NCBI GenBank assembly: GCA_044376115.1
Contig: JBILLK010000002.1
Coordinates: forward strand, 320,001 to 384,000
Direction: 5' to 3'
Origin: Polyangiaceae bacterium
Lineage (GTDB): Bacteria; Myxococcota_A; Polyangia; Polyangiales; Polyangiaceae
DNA length: 64,000 nt
Positions 19,977 to 30,232 of the stretch are shown one piece after another. The first letter of the stretch is position 1. Every line of letters begins with the position of its first letter. The position numbers were made by a program, and so were the translations under genes. The notes beneath the pieces were generated by a model. That model ran no database searches and was not told the DNA's origin. It saw nothing but the letters and a program-made list of their open reading frames with translations.

Positions 19977-21563
19977 TCAGCCACCCAGCGGCGACGTGTA
20001 CACGCTCAGCTGAAGCTGCGGCGCGTTGCAATCGACCGCGGTGAGGTCCGACTTGACCAGTGGGTCAGGAATGTACGCCCATCCCGCGCGCCCCTGACCG
20101 AGGGGCACCAGCTCGTCGTGGTCACCCCACCCTGCGTCGTCCACGACGAGCGGCTCGGTGAGAAAATTGCCGTCGAGATCGATCTCGACAAGACGCGACT
20201 CGGAGGGTCTCTTCAGCGTCAGGTTGGTGGGATCGTCGATTCCGTGACGACGCATGACTCCGTACCCGAGCAGGTAGCGACCAGGGGCAATCTCAGTCAA
20301 CGACGAGTTCGACAGGTAGCCGTCCGGGTCTTGCAGGAGCCAATTGATCTCTCCGTCCATCGATCCGTCGGGGTTCCACTGAGCGAGGCCGATGCTGGTC
20401 CCGGGGGCCTCAGGATAGCCCGGGGGCACGGCTTCGCCGGGGACTCCGACGAGAAGGCCCACGTAGCCACCGTCGGGGCGGGCCAGTATCGTCGACGCGG
20501 CGCCCTTGTTCGCGAGGGCGTCGATGTTGATGTGGTGGAACTCCGTAGGCGGGCCGTCTTCGAGACGGAACACGTTCGCGCCGATGCCACCGATGGCCGC
20601 GTCATTGTAGTCCGTGCTGCACATGTGCGCGTATTTGCCGGTCTCCGGGTTGTACGCCACACGATTGCTGAGCGTGTGGCCGGTGCCGCAGGCCCAGGAC
20701 CAACCGCGCGTCGTCATGGTTTCGCTGGCGCGATCCATCACCAAGAACGCATCGGCCTCGTGACAGCTGCCCGGTCCGTCTTGGCCACCGACCGTCGCCT
20801 TGACGGCGATGCCCCACGTGGTGTCGTCATTGCCGAGTCGGAGATAGTTGTTGGCGTACTCCCAGCTACCGATCGACTTGTGCACGATGTACCGCTTCGG
20901 CTCGCTCTGGATGTCGCCGTTGGTCCATTCATACAGCCACATCTCGTCGTTCATCTTGTCCCCGCAGAGATAGGGATTGGTCATCCAATCTGCGGCTTCG
21001 TGGGTGGCCAGAACGTCCTTGTCGAATCCAGCGGTACCCGACGGCACGCGACAGAGCACCCCGATGGTCTGGCAGTCGTCGCTCACGGCGATGCCGTGCA
21101 TCTCTTCGCAATCCGGGAAGTGGCGCTGGTCCGCAACGACCAACGTGCCGCTGGGGTCATCGATGTCGGCGACCACGATGGCAGCCGAGGTCGGCCCCTG
21201 CTCCGGGAACGCCAAGTCCTCGCCGACGGTGACCGAGGTGAACATGCGGGCCTCGGGGCCGGCATTGCAGCTCGCGTGGTACATGCGCCGCGGTACGTCC
21301 CCTCCCGGGAGGTAGGTAATGGTGCGGATCGTCCAGTCCCATTCGCACGCAATGGGTTCGTCGCCGGGCGCGTCGAGGATCGTGTGGTGCACGCCAGGCT
21401 CCGAGGCGGGCGACGGCGACCCGCCGGAACCCGAGCTCGGGTTGTTCTGCCCACCCTCGCCTGACGTACCGCCGTTTCCTCCGCTGCTCGCATCCGATCC
21501 GGACGATACGCAAGCAACGAGGTGCCAGCTCAACACGACCCCTGCAAGACCTTTAGTATGCAT
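19977..21563 (-). CDS. Uncharacterised lipoprotein (beta-rich)
   Basis: Lipobox LVAC, Gly/Ser linker, 528-aa ORF with strong GC3 bias. Confidence 0.85.
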   Translation of the reverse strand: MHTKGLAGVVLSWHLVACVSSGSDASSGGNGGTSGEGGQNNPSSGSGGSPSPASEPGVHHTILDAPGDEPIACEWDWTIRTITYLPGGDVPRRMYHASCNAGPEARMFTSVTVGEDLAFPEQGPTSAAIVVADIDDPSGTLVVADQRHFPDCEEMHGIAVSDDCQTIGVLCRVPSGTAGFDKDVLATHEAADWMTNPYLCGDKMNDEMWLYEWTNGDIQSEPKRYIVHKSIGSWEYANNYLRLGNDDTTWGIAVKATVGGQDGPGSCHEADAFLVMDRASETMTTRGWSWACGTGHTLSNRVAYNPETGKYAHMCSTDYNDAAIGGIGANVFRLEDGPPTEFHHINIDALANKGAASTILARPDGGYVGLLVGVPGEAVPPGYPEAPGTSIGLAQWNPDGSMDGEINWLLQDPDGYLSNSSLTEIAPGRYLLGYGVMRRHGIDDPTNLTLKRPSESRLVEIDLDGNFLTEPLVVDDAGWGDHDELVPLGQGRAGWAYIPDPLVKSDLTAVDCNAPQLQLSVYTSPLGG

Positions 21564-21940
21564 GCTTCAAAGCGAGCAATGACCGTACCACCATGGAATT
21601 GCATACGTTTCGGCGCGGCCAGCCACGCCATCCGCGTCGGTCGCGAACGTTGCTACGTCCAGCCGGTCCTCGTCCCGTTCTGAGGGCGGGTGCGGTGCTA
21701 TGCAGTCTTGTCGGAGCCAACGCCTGACCAGCGCGCGCTCGTCGCCCTCGTCAACGCCGAGACCGCCGCTTGCACGGGCAGGACAAAGAGCTCGTCGAAC
21801 TCAAGGGCCGCGTGCCTGCACCGCGCCCTCTCCCGCAGAGGCGCGGGTTTCAACGAAAGGTTGAAGGCACCGAAATAAATTCAACTATTCGGTGCGACGC
21901 TCTACCGCGCGCTGCGTCCTTGATTGGTTGCCAGTTGTGC

Positions 21941-22732
21941 GCGTGGTTCGGGTACTCGGTAGCGGTGTCGGGCGATGCGGCGCTCGTGGGCGCGTTCGAA
22001 CTCAACGGCGCCGGTAGCGCGTACGTGTTCAGCCGCAGCGGCATGACGTGGACCGAGGACGCCAAACTCACGGCTAGCGACGCGACTGCGTTCGACGTCT
22101 TCGGCTGCGCGGTGGCGCTCTCCGGTACTACGGCGATCGTGGGCGCGTTCGACACCGACTTGAGCAAGGGCAGCGCCTACGTCTTCCTGTTCGACGACAA
22201 GCTCGACCTTGGCGAAGCCTGCACTGACAACGCCGAGTGCTTCTCTGGCTTCTGCGCCGACGGCGTGTGCTGCAACACCGCCTGCGGCGGCGCTAGCGAC
22301 CAATGCCAGGCGTGTAGCGTCGCTGCGGGCGCAGCGGTCGATGGCACCTGCACGTCGGGCTGCAACGACGCCAACGAATGCACCACCGACAGCTGCGACG
22401 CGGCGACCGGCTGCGCACAAAACGCAGTAGCGGATGGCACGCCCTGCAACGGCGGTGAATGCCAGAGCGGTGTGTGCACCAGCCAGGGAGGTGGAGGAGC
22501 TGGCGGCGAGGGCGGTCTGGGCGGTGAAGCCGCAGGAGCCGGCGGTAGCGGAGCCGGCGATAGCGGAACCGGCGGTAGCGGAACCGGCGGCAGCGGAACC
22601 GGCGACGAGAGCGACGGTTGCTCCTGCCGGGTGATCGGAGCGCCGGTGGAGAACCGCGCACCGCACGAACTCGCGTGGATTGCGCTTGCGACCCTCGTCG
22701 CTGCGCGGATGCGTCGTCGCCGCGCCGCTTGA
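21941..22732 (+). pseudogene. 5'-truncated FG-GAP repeat / Cys-rich MYXO-CTERM surface protein
   Basis: Begins abruptly at FGYSVAVSGD..LVGA; second repeat FGCAVALSGTTAIVGA; Cys-rich block; GCSCRV...TM...RRRR sorting signal; no signal peptide upstream. Confidence 0.7.
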
Positions 22733-22831
22733 GCCGCAGGCGAGTGCGCCTCATGGAACGCGGCGCTCCTCAGTGACTGACGTGCGAAGTGCGGATGACG
22801 GGCAGCAAGTTCGTTCGAAGCGCGTTCGCGC

Positions 22832-23521
22832 TCAGCGCGCGAGCTGCGCTGCGAACCAGCAGTCACGCTTCCCGACGGCCTGGAGCTCCGCCCCGCGCTT
22901 GCGCTTGATCGCGGTCATCGCGGACTCGTCCGACGTGGCCTCGAGCTCCGCCGACATATCGGCCAGCCACGCGCGCCAGCGCGGCGAGGTCAGGCGCTGC
23001 TCGAAGATGGCCACGGCCACGCGAGCGCGCTGCGACTCGTCGAAGGACTCGTCAATCTCGGACGGCATCGTGCACATCTGCGCGACGTCCCCCGGCTCAT
23101 CCGCCTTCTCCGGCTTGTAGATGCGCATCGTCGTCTCGCCCTCCTGTTCCTTCGCGGGCACCACGAGGAGCACCCCACCGACCTTGCACGGGGCATCGGC
23201 GATCGCCTTGCGACCCGCCGCTCTGTCTCCCGCCAGAGTCTCGGTGGCGACCACCTCGCCGCGGGAATCCTTCAGCACCAGCTTCACGAGGCTGTTGCCG
23301 GCGACCGTCGCGACGACGCTGCCGGCCTCCAACCAGCCGGCGGGGACCTCCTTGCCGACCGCGCCCACGCAGCGTCCGTGGTCGACCGACGGGCCCGCTG
23401 TCGGCGCGTCTCCGGTCTCGCTGCCGGAGGGCATCGACTCGGAGGGCAGCACCGGGTTTCCGCCACAAGCGACCTGGAGGACGAGGAGGACGGGGACGAA
23501 CCGGCGGGTGGAGAACCTCAT
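22832..23521 (-). CDS. Hypothetical lipoprotein
   Basis: MRFSTRRFVPVLLVLQVAC lipoprotein signal. Confidence 0.75.
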   Translation of the reverse strand: MRFSTRRFVPVLLVLQVACGGNPVLPSESMPSGSETGDAPTAGPSVDHGRCVGAVGKEVPAGWLEAGSVVATVAGNSLVKLVLKDSRGEVVATETLAGDRAAGRKAIADAPCKVGGVLLVVPAKEQEGETTMRIYKPEKADEPGDVAQMCTMPSEIDESFDESQRARVAVAIFEQRLTSPRWRAWLADMSAELEATSDESAMTAIKRKRGAELQAVGKRDCWFAAQLAR

Positions 23522-23681
23522 GGTGCCGAAAGTAGGCCCTGCCCGCATGTGCTGACAAGTTACGCGCAGGGCCAGACTTCTCTGCGGACCTGACGTAGTC
23601 GGACCTCGCGATCAGGTCTGAGTTCGAGGGCGTTGCGAATCGGATTGGCGATCTCGTTCACGCGGTTGTGGAGGGGGCATT

Positions 23682-23726
23682 GCGACATCCAGGCGCCCGA
23701 TGGTTCATCAAGAGGCCCAATGTCGC
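23682..23726. repeat. Single family A 45-bp palindrome
   Basis: GCGACATCCAGGCGCCCGATGGTTCATCAAGAGGCCCAATGTCGC. Confidence 0.8.
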
Positions 23727-23741
23727 ACGTGCGGTCCGCGA

Positions 23742-26700
23742 TCAGAGGTCAGCGATGTTCGCGTTTGCGGAGTTGCGAGCCGCTTGGAGGGCTGCGCGAC
23801 GCCGTCTGCGAAGCGCAACGCCCAACGCCGCTAGCACGGCCCACGCAGCACGCGTGGGATCCGACGCTGCCGCTGTCGTGCAGTTACAGCCGCCGTCTTC
23901 GGATGGGTCAGCGCCGCCGGCCGAGCCGCCGTTGCTACTCGAGCCGCCGTTGCCAGCCGGGCCGCCGCCACTCGAAGCGGCTCCCTCTCCGCCGTTGCCG
24001 CTTCCACCAGCGCCTCCACCACCAGCGCCTGCACCACCTTGGGGCACGCACTCTCCTGCGTCACACACGCCATCGTCGCAGGGAGCACCGTCGGGAAGGA
24101 GCTCGTCGTCTGGACAGGCTGCGCCGACTCCGTCGCAGACCTCGGCCTCGTCGCAATCCGAAGCTGGGTTGCGGCAAATGAGCCCCTGGTCGACGAAGCT
24201 GTCCTCCGGGCAGTTGGGGCCGGCGCTTCCGCAGCTCTCCGCGACATCGCACGGGCCCGCCGATTCACGGCAACTCACGCTCGAGCCAAGGATGCGGTCG
24301 ACGCAGCTGTTCGTGCTTCCGGGGCCGCCTTCGCAGGTGTCCTGCGCGTCGCACACCCCGCTCGGCGCGGACCCACACGGGGTGTCTGCCGGTTCGCCCT
24401 CGTCTTCGCAATCCGTGCTCGCGCCGTCGCAAAAGTCTTCGAGATCGCAGTCGCCGATACTGTCGCGACACGACGTCCCGCTCGCGAGCAGCTCGTCCTG
24501 CGGACACTCGCCCGCAGAGCCCGTGCAGGTTTCCTCGGCGTCGCACAACCCAGCGGCGACTCGACAAACCACGCCCGCCGGTTCGAGCGCGTCGGTTGGG
24601 CAAGCCACCCCCGCGCCATCGCATTGGTCGGCCAGGTCGCAGTCTCCCGTTGAAGGTCGGCATACCGTCGAACTCGGCGCGACCGCGTTGACGGGGCAGG
24701 TGGCGCTGCTCCCTGTGCAGCTCTCAACCACGTCGCACACGCCGGCAGATGGGCGGCACGTCGTCGCGGCGGGGAGGAACTGATCGGCTGGGCAGTTCGC
24801 GTTCGCGCCGGTGCACGTTTCGGCGACGTCGCAAGCCCCCGCGCTCGCACGGCACTCTACACTCGACGCCGCGAAGGCGTTCGCAGGGCAAGTGAGCGAA
24901 GTTCCGTCGCACGCTTCGGCGACGTCGCAAGCGCCGCCCGAAGCGCGGCATTGCGTTCCCGCGCTGATCGGCCCGCACGTACCGTTGACGGCCGCGCCCG
25001 CTGCAGTGCTGCACGCTTGACAGTCCGTTGTGCCGCCGCCGCAGGCGACGTTGCAACAAACCCCGTCCACACACTGACCTGACTGACAATCCTCGTTCGA
25101 GGCGCAGTCCGCACCGTTCGGCGAGGCGAGGACGATCCCGCGGAGGAAGACGCGGTTCGCGTCCTCCCCGGGCACGAAGCGCTCGTACGCCGCCAGCGCG
25201 CTGCCGTCCCCGAGCGCCGCCGCCGAAGCGGAGACCTCGCTGTCCGCAGGCGACTGCGAGATGTTGAACCACCCACCGATCGGCGCCGGCGTCGCCGCGT
25301 TCGACACCCGCAGCCCGCTCACGTCCGCCGCCCCACCCAGCACCAAGAACTCCGAACCGCCCAACGCCATCGCCGCGTACGACGCCGTCGGGGAGCCCGG
25401 GGGCAGCGGCACATTCACCCCGCTGAGCGTGCGTAGGAAATCAACGCCGTAGACCAGACAGTCGGTCGAGGTGCAGCGCATGGCCAGAGGGTTGGTGGTG
25501 GACGACGACGGGGCGCCAAACGTCGCGGAAGGTCCGGTAAAGGTCCCCCCCGAGGTGAGGCGTCGGAACCGTGGGGTATCGCTCCCGTCGCGCCAGAGGA
25601 CGACGTGGCCCACTCCGTCCGCGGAGGCCGCTAAACCTGGGCGCAGACCAAGACCATCGTTCACCACGACAATGGGAGTCCCATCCAGGACCTGCCCCGA
25701 GGGTAGCAACCGCTGGACCCGGACGCTGTCCTGGATACTCAAGAAAGCCTGAGACTGCCGCTGAAAGACCGCGAACGTGGCGCCATCCCAGGTAACGGCG
25801 AGTCGCCGCTGCGGCAGGTTCGGATCGAAGCCGGACAGGGCAATAGAACCGAGGTCGAGGGGCGGCCCTACCATGGGGACGCGTCCAGCCTGTACGGACA
25901 CCCCCCCACCCGCCACAAGATAGTTGGTTCCATCGAAGGCACCGCTCACAAGCCGGACAATATCGGGCGCGGGAGTTGAAAAAATCATGAAGGGCGCCGG
26001 GTCGATCGGGGTAGCCGCCGCGCTGAAGCGTTGACCATAGACAGCCGTCGTCCCGAGGCGTCGATCTCCCCAGGCGACGAGGTACTGGCTCTGGCCAGCA
26101 ATGACTGCCGGAGAGAACTGAGGGTTCGTGCCGAGGTTCAAGGTCACAGCCGAAACTTGGACCCCGCTGGAATCAACGACGCGAAGGTTGGCGTCGCTGA
26201 CGTTGGAGCTCAGCGGGCCACCCAGCACCCCTTGCGACACCACAAACCCTCCGCCGGGCCGTGGGTATACGGCCAGTAAGGCTTGTGCCCCAAACGGGAC
26301 AAACGGCGCCCCAATGCCGTTCCCGTTCGCGTCGATGCGCTGAAGTGTACCAAGCGGGTCCAGAGAAGCGAGATAGCTGCCGCCAATCCACCCGAGTCCG
26401 TGGACACGCGCGGTATTGACGATGGGTCCCAAAGAACCGTCGCTGTTGATCCGTCGGAAACTCCCACCAAAGCCATCCGATCCAGCGGCGACCGTCGATG
26501 ATCCATCGGATGCGAGGATCGATATCGGCCTGGAGCTGAACAGGACATCGATCGGGTTCGCGTCCAGCGTGATCCCCGATGGGGTCATGCGCCTCACCCG
26601 CCCTTCGCCCAGATGGATGATGAAGTTCGTCCCGTCGAACGCAACAACGTGGCTGCTGCCGAAGCCCGAGGCAGTTCCAACTAAGGTTCCGAACGGGTCG

Positions 26701-27875
26701 AGCAGCGTCCCCGCGGCGTCGATGCGCCGGGAAAGAACGTCCCCTCCCAACCGATACGTCACCACACACCGTTCTGCGCTGCACGCCGTGCTGCCGCTCG
26801 AAGGCACGTCCCATGCATGAGACGCGACCTCCGATCCGTCCTCGTTGATGAGCCGCGCCAACAGGCCGGTTGCAGTGCTCGTGACAATGAGAAAGCCGTT
26901 GCTCATCGCCCCGACGCCCAACACGCCTAATGAGCTGAATTGCGGATTCAACGCGTGACGGGTGGGCGTCGGGTCCACCATCGTCCCGTCGGGTGTGAGT
27001 CGGATGCGGCTGATACCTCCGCTGTCGTTCCAGGCGGCCATACACATCGTCGCGGTACACGCTACAAGAGGAGGGCTGGCCCCAGAATCATCCGGCCCCA
27101 GCACAGGCGCATCCGTCGCGCTCTCCGGCCCCACCACTGGATCCAACGTCGCCGGATAGGCGCTCTCGGCGAGGAGGTCGGCGGGGACGGCGAGCTCGAT
27201 GGCGTCGCGGGTCCAGGTCGCGGGGACGGGCGTCTCTGCGCCGGTGGAGTCGATCCAGGTGCCGTGGCCGTAGACGACGCCGCCACCATCGGTGGTGAAG
27301 TGCAGGCCGGTGCGGTCTTCACGTGAGAACTCGCCATTGTCGATTGCAACGCGCACCACGAGATCGCCTTGGCCCGCCGGCTCCGATTCGAACGTCCAAC
27401 CTTGCTCCACGCCTTCGTCGCGGCCGCGCAGCCACTCGCTGGCGCCATCGCCCGTGCGGACCAAACCGCCCTTGGGGTCCGAGGCGAAACTGCGGTTCGT
27501 GGGCCAGGACCAATTTTCGCGCTTTATCTCGGTCGTCTTGAAGGTCATCCCGCCTTCGACCGGCTCGCCCATACTCGCAGCCGGTACGACGTAGAAAGCT
27601 TGCTCACGTGTCTCGCCGTACCAGGTCGTCGAGCCCGACTCGAACGTGCCGCGGGTCGTTGGGAGGAACGCGAGCCGACCAAGGGCCATCATCTCCCCGA
27701 GCTCGATCTCAACCGTACGAGCAGACGGCGCACGATTCTGCGGCGCATTGTCGACGGGCGCCGACTCCGGCCCGCGCCCACCGCCAGCCGTCTCCGGCGA
27801 CGAGTCTGGCTCCAAACAAGAGACCAGCACGCTAAGGGCAGTGACGAGCAGAGACGCGTTGCGACGATGCCACAT
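23742..27875 (-). CDS. Large MYXO-CTERM surface protein with disintegrin-like Cys-rich repeats
   Basis: Lipobox-like LVSC; YPATLDPVVGPE; repeated FDGTNF/YLV motifs; ~9 CRxxxGxCDxxExCxGxxxxCPxD repeats; C-terminal GGCNC-TM-RRRRR. Confidence 0.9.
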   Translation of the reverse strand: MWHRRNASLLVTALSVLVSCLEPDSSPETAGGGRGPESAPVDNAPQNRAPSARTVEIELGEMMALGRLAFLPTTRGTFESGSTTWYGETREQAFYVVPAASMGEPVEGGMTFKTTEIKRENWSWPTNRSFASDPKGGLVRTGDGASEWLRGRDEGVEQGWTFESEPAGQGDLVVRVAIDNGEFSREDRTGLHFTTDGGGVVYGHGTWIDSTGAETPVPATWTRDAIELAVPADLLAESAYPATLDPVVGPESATDAPVLGPDDSGASPPLVACTATMCMAAWNDSGGISRIRLTPDGTMVDPTPTRHALNPQFSSLGVLGVGAMSNGFLIVTSTATGLLARLINEDGSEVASHAWDVPSSGSTACSAERCVVTYRLGGDVLSRRIDAAGTLLDPFGTLVGTASGFGSSHVVAFDGTNFIIHLGEGRVRRMTPSGITLDANPIDVLFSSRPISILASDGSSTVAAGSDGFGGSFRRINSDGSLGPIVNTARVHGLGWIGGSYLASLDPLGTLQRIDANGNGIGAPFVPFGAQALLAVYPRPGGGFVVSQGVLGGPLSSNVSDANLRVVDSSGVQVSAVTLNLGTNPQFSPAVIAGQSQYLVAWGDRRLGTTAVYGQRFSAAATPIDPAPFMIFSTPAPDIVRLVSGAFDGTNYLVAGGGVSVQAGRVPMVGPPLDLGSIALSGFDPNLPQRRLAVTWDGATFAVFQRQSQAFLSIQDSVRVQRLLPSGQVLDGTPIVVVNDGLGLRPGLAASADGVGHVVLWRDGSDTPRFRRLTSGGTFTGPSATFGAPSSSTTNPLAMRCTSTDCLVYGVDFLRTLSGVNVPLPPGSPTASYAAMALGGSEFLVLGGAADVSGLRVSNAATPAPIGGWFNISQSPADSEVSASAAALGDGSALAAYERFVPGEDANRVFLRGIVLASPNGADCASNEDCQSGQCVDGVCCNVACGGGTTDCQACSTAAGAAVNGTCGPISAGTQCRASGGACDVAEACDGTSLTCPANAFAASSVECRASAGACDVAETCTGANANCPADQFLPAATTCRPSAGVCDVVESCTGSSATCPVNAVAPSSTVCRPSTGDCDLADQCDGAGVACPTDALEPAGVVCRVAAGLCDAEETCTGSAGECPQDELLASGTSCRDSIGDCDLEDFCDGASTDCEDEGEPADTPCGSAPSGVCDAQDTCEGGPGSTNSCVDRILGSSVSCRESAGPCDVAESCGSAGPNCPEDSFVDQGLICRNPASDCDEAEVCDGVGAACPDDELLPDGAPCDDGVCDAGECVPQGGAGAGGGGAGGSGNGGEGAASSGGGPAGNGGSSSNGGSAGGADPSEDGGCNCTTAAASDPTRAAWAVLAALGVALRRRRRAALQAARNSANANIADL

Positions 27876-28137
27876 AGCAATTGGCTATCACCCGCAATTC
27901 CCGGCGAAAAGACGGAAAGTGAGCATCTTGCCGGCAAGCCTCCAAGACGTTATCGCAGTGGCTCATCACACGGAGACGCTCGGAGCGTCCTCACAGCGGT
28001 TGAAGAAGCCTAGCCGAGAAATGCCGTCCTGCGTGGCGATCTGCTGCCTGGTTGTGCGTTTGGGGTCGGCCAGCGCTTTGCTCTTATTGTGAGAGTGGGA
28101 CCGTGGTTGCGTCCAAGGCTCCCTGCGGGGCAACGGC

Positions 28138-28800
28138 TCATCCCCCCAGCCCAGCCTTCCTCATCTCTTCCCCGAGCCAGCTCATGGTCTTCTCATACCT
28201 GTAGCGAGCCTGCCTCTCCTCGATACCGAGTTGTCTTGCGCTCTCGGCGAGCTTCTTTCCTTCGATGGCGGTGTCTCGCACGAGGGCCCAGTCGATGGGG
28301 TCCATTCGGGGGACGAGGGGGAGGACGACGGCTTGTACGCGTTCCCTCATTTGGTCGAGGGCGACGGTGTCTTCGGGGGTGGCGGCGGGCTGGGTGGCCA
28401 TCATGCAGATCGCGGCTGCGGCCATGATGGCGTTCACGGCTTTCTTCTTCACGTCGCGGCGCGCCTCTTCGGTGTCGAACAGGTAGCCGGCGCTGACGAT
28501 GGTCGAGATCTCCGCTGTGGCGCGGGTGATGGCGAGCGAACGCGTGCGCAACTTCGCCTCCATGCGGCAGTGGTCGAGCATGTGGTAACGCACAGCGCGG
28601 AAGGTGCGCTGCTCAAAGGCTTCACGGCTCAGCTCGCCCAACTCCAACGCCAGCTCACATAGCTTGTCCATCCCGGCTTGGAACAGCTCCTCGGCGTCCA
28701 CGCGATCCCCGCGCGGGGCGATTTTGTAGGCCATCGCGCGCACGGCGTCTTTGCACTCGGCTACGCGTTGGCGCTGGGCCGGGCTTAGCGCACTAGCCAC
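28138..28800 (-). CDS. Sigma-70 family RNA polymerase sigma factor (divergent)
   Basis: Region 2-like VDAEELFQAGMDKLCE...VRYHMLDHCR; region 4 HTH EGKKLAESARQLGIEERQARYRY. Confidence 0.8.
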   Translation of the reverse strand: MASALSPAQRQRVAECKDAVRAMAYKIAPRGDRVDAEELFQAGMDKLCELALELGELSREAFEQRTFRAVRYHMLDHCRMEAKLRTRSLAITRATAEISTIVSAGYLFDTEEARRDVKKKAVNAIMAAAAICMMATQPAATPEDTVALDQMRERVQAVVLPLVPRMDPIDWALVRDTAIEGKKLAESARQLGIEERQARYRYEKTMSWLGEEMRKAGLGG

Positions 28801-29041
28801 GGCCGTACTTCTTTCGCAGCGCATCGAGGTCATCGAACTGCCCGATCTCCGTCTCCTCGGACTGTTGTTTGGGCACCCGGTCGCCGAAGTGCTCCGTGCC
28901 GAGCGCCCTCATCACTGGGTGCACCGCGTAGAGATCAATGAAGAGGTGGCGGACGGCCTGCAGCGCCTCCGCGTCGAGCAACTTCTCGAACCCTGCAACC
29001 GCTTCATCTGCGAGCTCCTCGAGCTGCTCGTCTTTCAGCAT
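28793..29041 (-). CDS. Small helical protein coupled to sigma factor gene
   Basis: 82-aa acidic ORF whose stop overlaps the sigma start. Confidence 0.7.
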   Translation of the reverse strand: MLKDEQLEELADEAVAGFEKLLDAEALQAVRHLFIDLYAVHPVMRALGTEHFGDRVPKQQSEETEIGQFDDLDALRKKYGRG

Positions 29042-29101
29042 CCGCCGAGTAAAGCAGCGTGAAAGAAAGCCTTCAATCGCGATGCGCTAGACTGCGACCG
29101 C

Positions 29102-29377
29102 ATGGAAGCGTCGGCGCCCTACACCCCAGCCGAGGAGGCGTTCGCGCGGGACCTCGCACATGAAGTTGTCCGGCATTGGAAGGTGCGCCTCTCCCCCCGC
29201 GAGCAAGTCGGCATGGCCGAATACCTCGAGGACTACCTCCTGTGCGCCCGCACCGGCCTCGCCATGTTGCGCGCCTGCATCGCCGCTCCCCAAGACCGTG
29301 CCGTGCGCGACATCGCGCTAAAGGGCCTTGGCGAACTCGCAGCCGATTACGATCACGAGCGCGACGGGCCGCTGTAG
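29102..29377 (+). CDS. Small helical protein divergent from the sigma operon
   Basis: 91-aa ORF with strong codon bias. Confidence 0.65.
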   Translation: MEASAPYTPAEEAFARDLAHEVVRHWKVRLSPREQVGMAEYLEDYLLCARTGLAMLRACIAAPQDRAVRDIALKGLGELAADYDHERDGPL

Positions 29378-29527
29378 TGAGCCTCGGGCGTCGAGCGCGA
29401 CGCTGAATCCGCCAACGGTTGTTCGTGGTCCCGTCTCCGAATCGCTGGCTCCAGAGAGGTCTAGCAGGCTGATCGGTAACAAATCAGACCGGGTACATAG
29501 GTGAAATAGACCGACGAAGCGGAGAAC

Positions 29528-30232
29528 CTAAGGCGCTATTGCAGGCCACTGGCACGACCCGTCTTTACAGGTCAATCCACCGATGCAATCCGCGTCTGAC
29601 TCACATATCGGCAAACAAAGCTTTCGGCCATCTGGAAGAGGAGGCGCGTCCCAAGCGCAGGTTGCCCCAGCTACGCAGTCGCCATCCCCATGCAGGGCGT
29701 CGGCACAGTCAATGGTGCAGAAATTGCTCCCATCAGGCAGTTCCAGCGACGCGTAACAGCCATTCGCGCAGCTGCCCTCCGTCAGGTATGGCCCACACGG
29801 GACCAATCCGTTTACTTCCGGCGCACAATAGTCAATATCGGAAAAGCACGCTGTCTCCGGCCGGCACGTTACGACCCCCGTGCAACGAAACAAGCAAAGC
29901 CCATCGAAGCACTCTGTGCCGAGCGGACAGCTGTTGTCCACCCCACAAGCCGCTGCACAATAGAGCTTATGGGCGAGCCCAGGCTCGGGCCCCCGTTCAT
30001 CCAACCAAACCGGGCATCCCGCTGGGCAGCCTAAGCCTTCAATCGCACCAGGCACTTCGTCGAAGTAACCAGGGCAGGCTATCTCGTCCCAGATGCCATA
30101 ACTGTGAACGCCGCTGGAACCGCCTGAAGCGGCTCCGCCTTCATTCGGCTGCGAATCTTCACTAGGCCAAACCACAATCCCACCGCAACCAACAAGTACG
30201 CAAGGGCTCAGAGCGAGAAAAGATAGTCGCAT
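29528..30232 (-). CDS. Cys-rich lipoprotein
   Basis: MRLSFLALSPCVLVGC lipobox; >25 Cys; visibly lower GC. Confidence 0.75.
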   Translation of the reverse strand: MRLSFLALSPCVLVGCGGIVVWPSEDSQPNEGGAASGGSSGVHSYGIWDEIACPGYFDEVPGAIEGLGCPAGCPVWLDERGPEPGLAHKLYCAAACGVDNSCPLGTECFDGLCLFRCTGVVTCRPETACFSDIDYCAPEVNGLVPCGPYLTEGSCANGCYASLELPDGSNFCTIDCADALHGDGDCVAGATCAWDAPPLPDGRKLCLPICESDADCIGGLTCKDGSCQWPAIAP

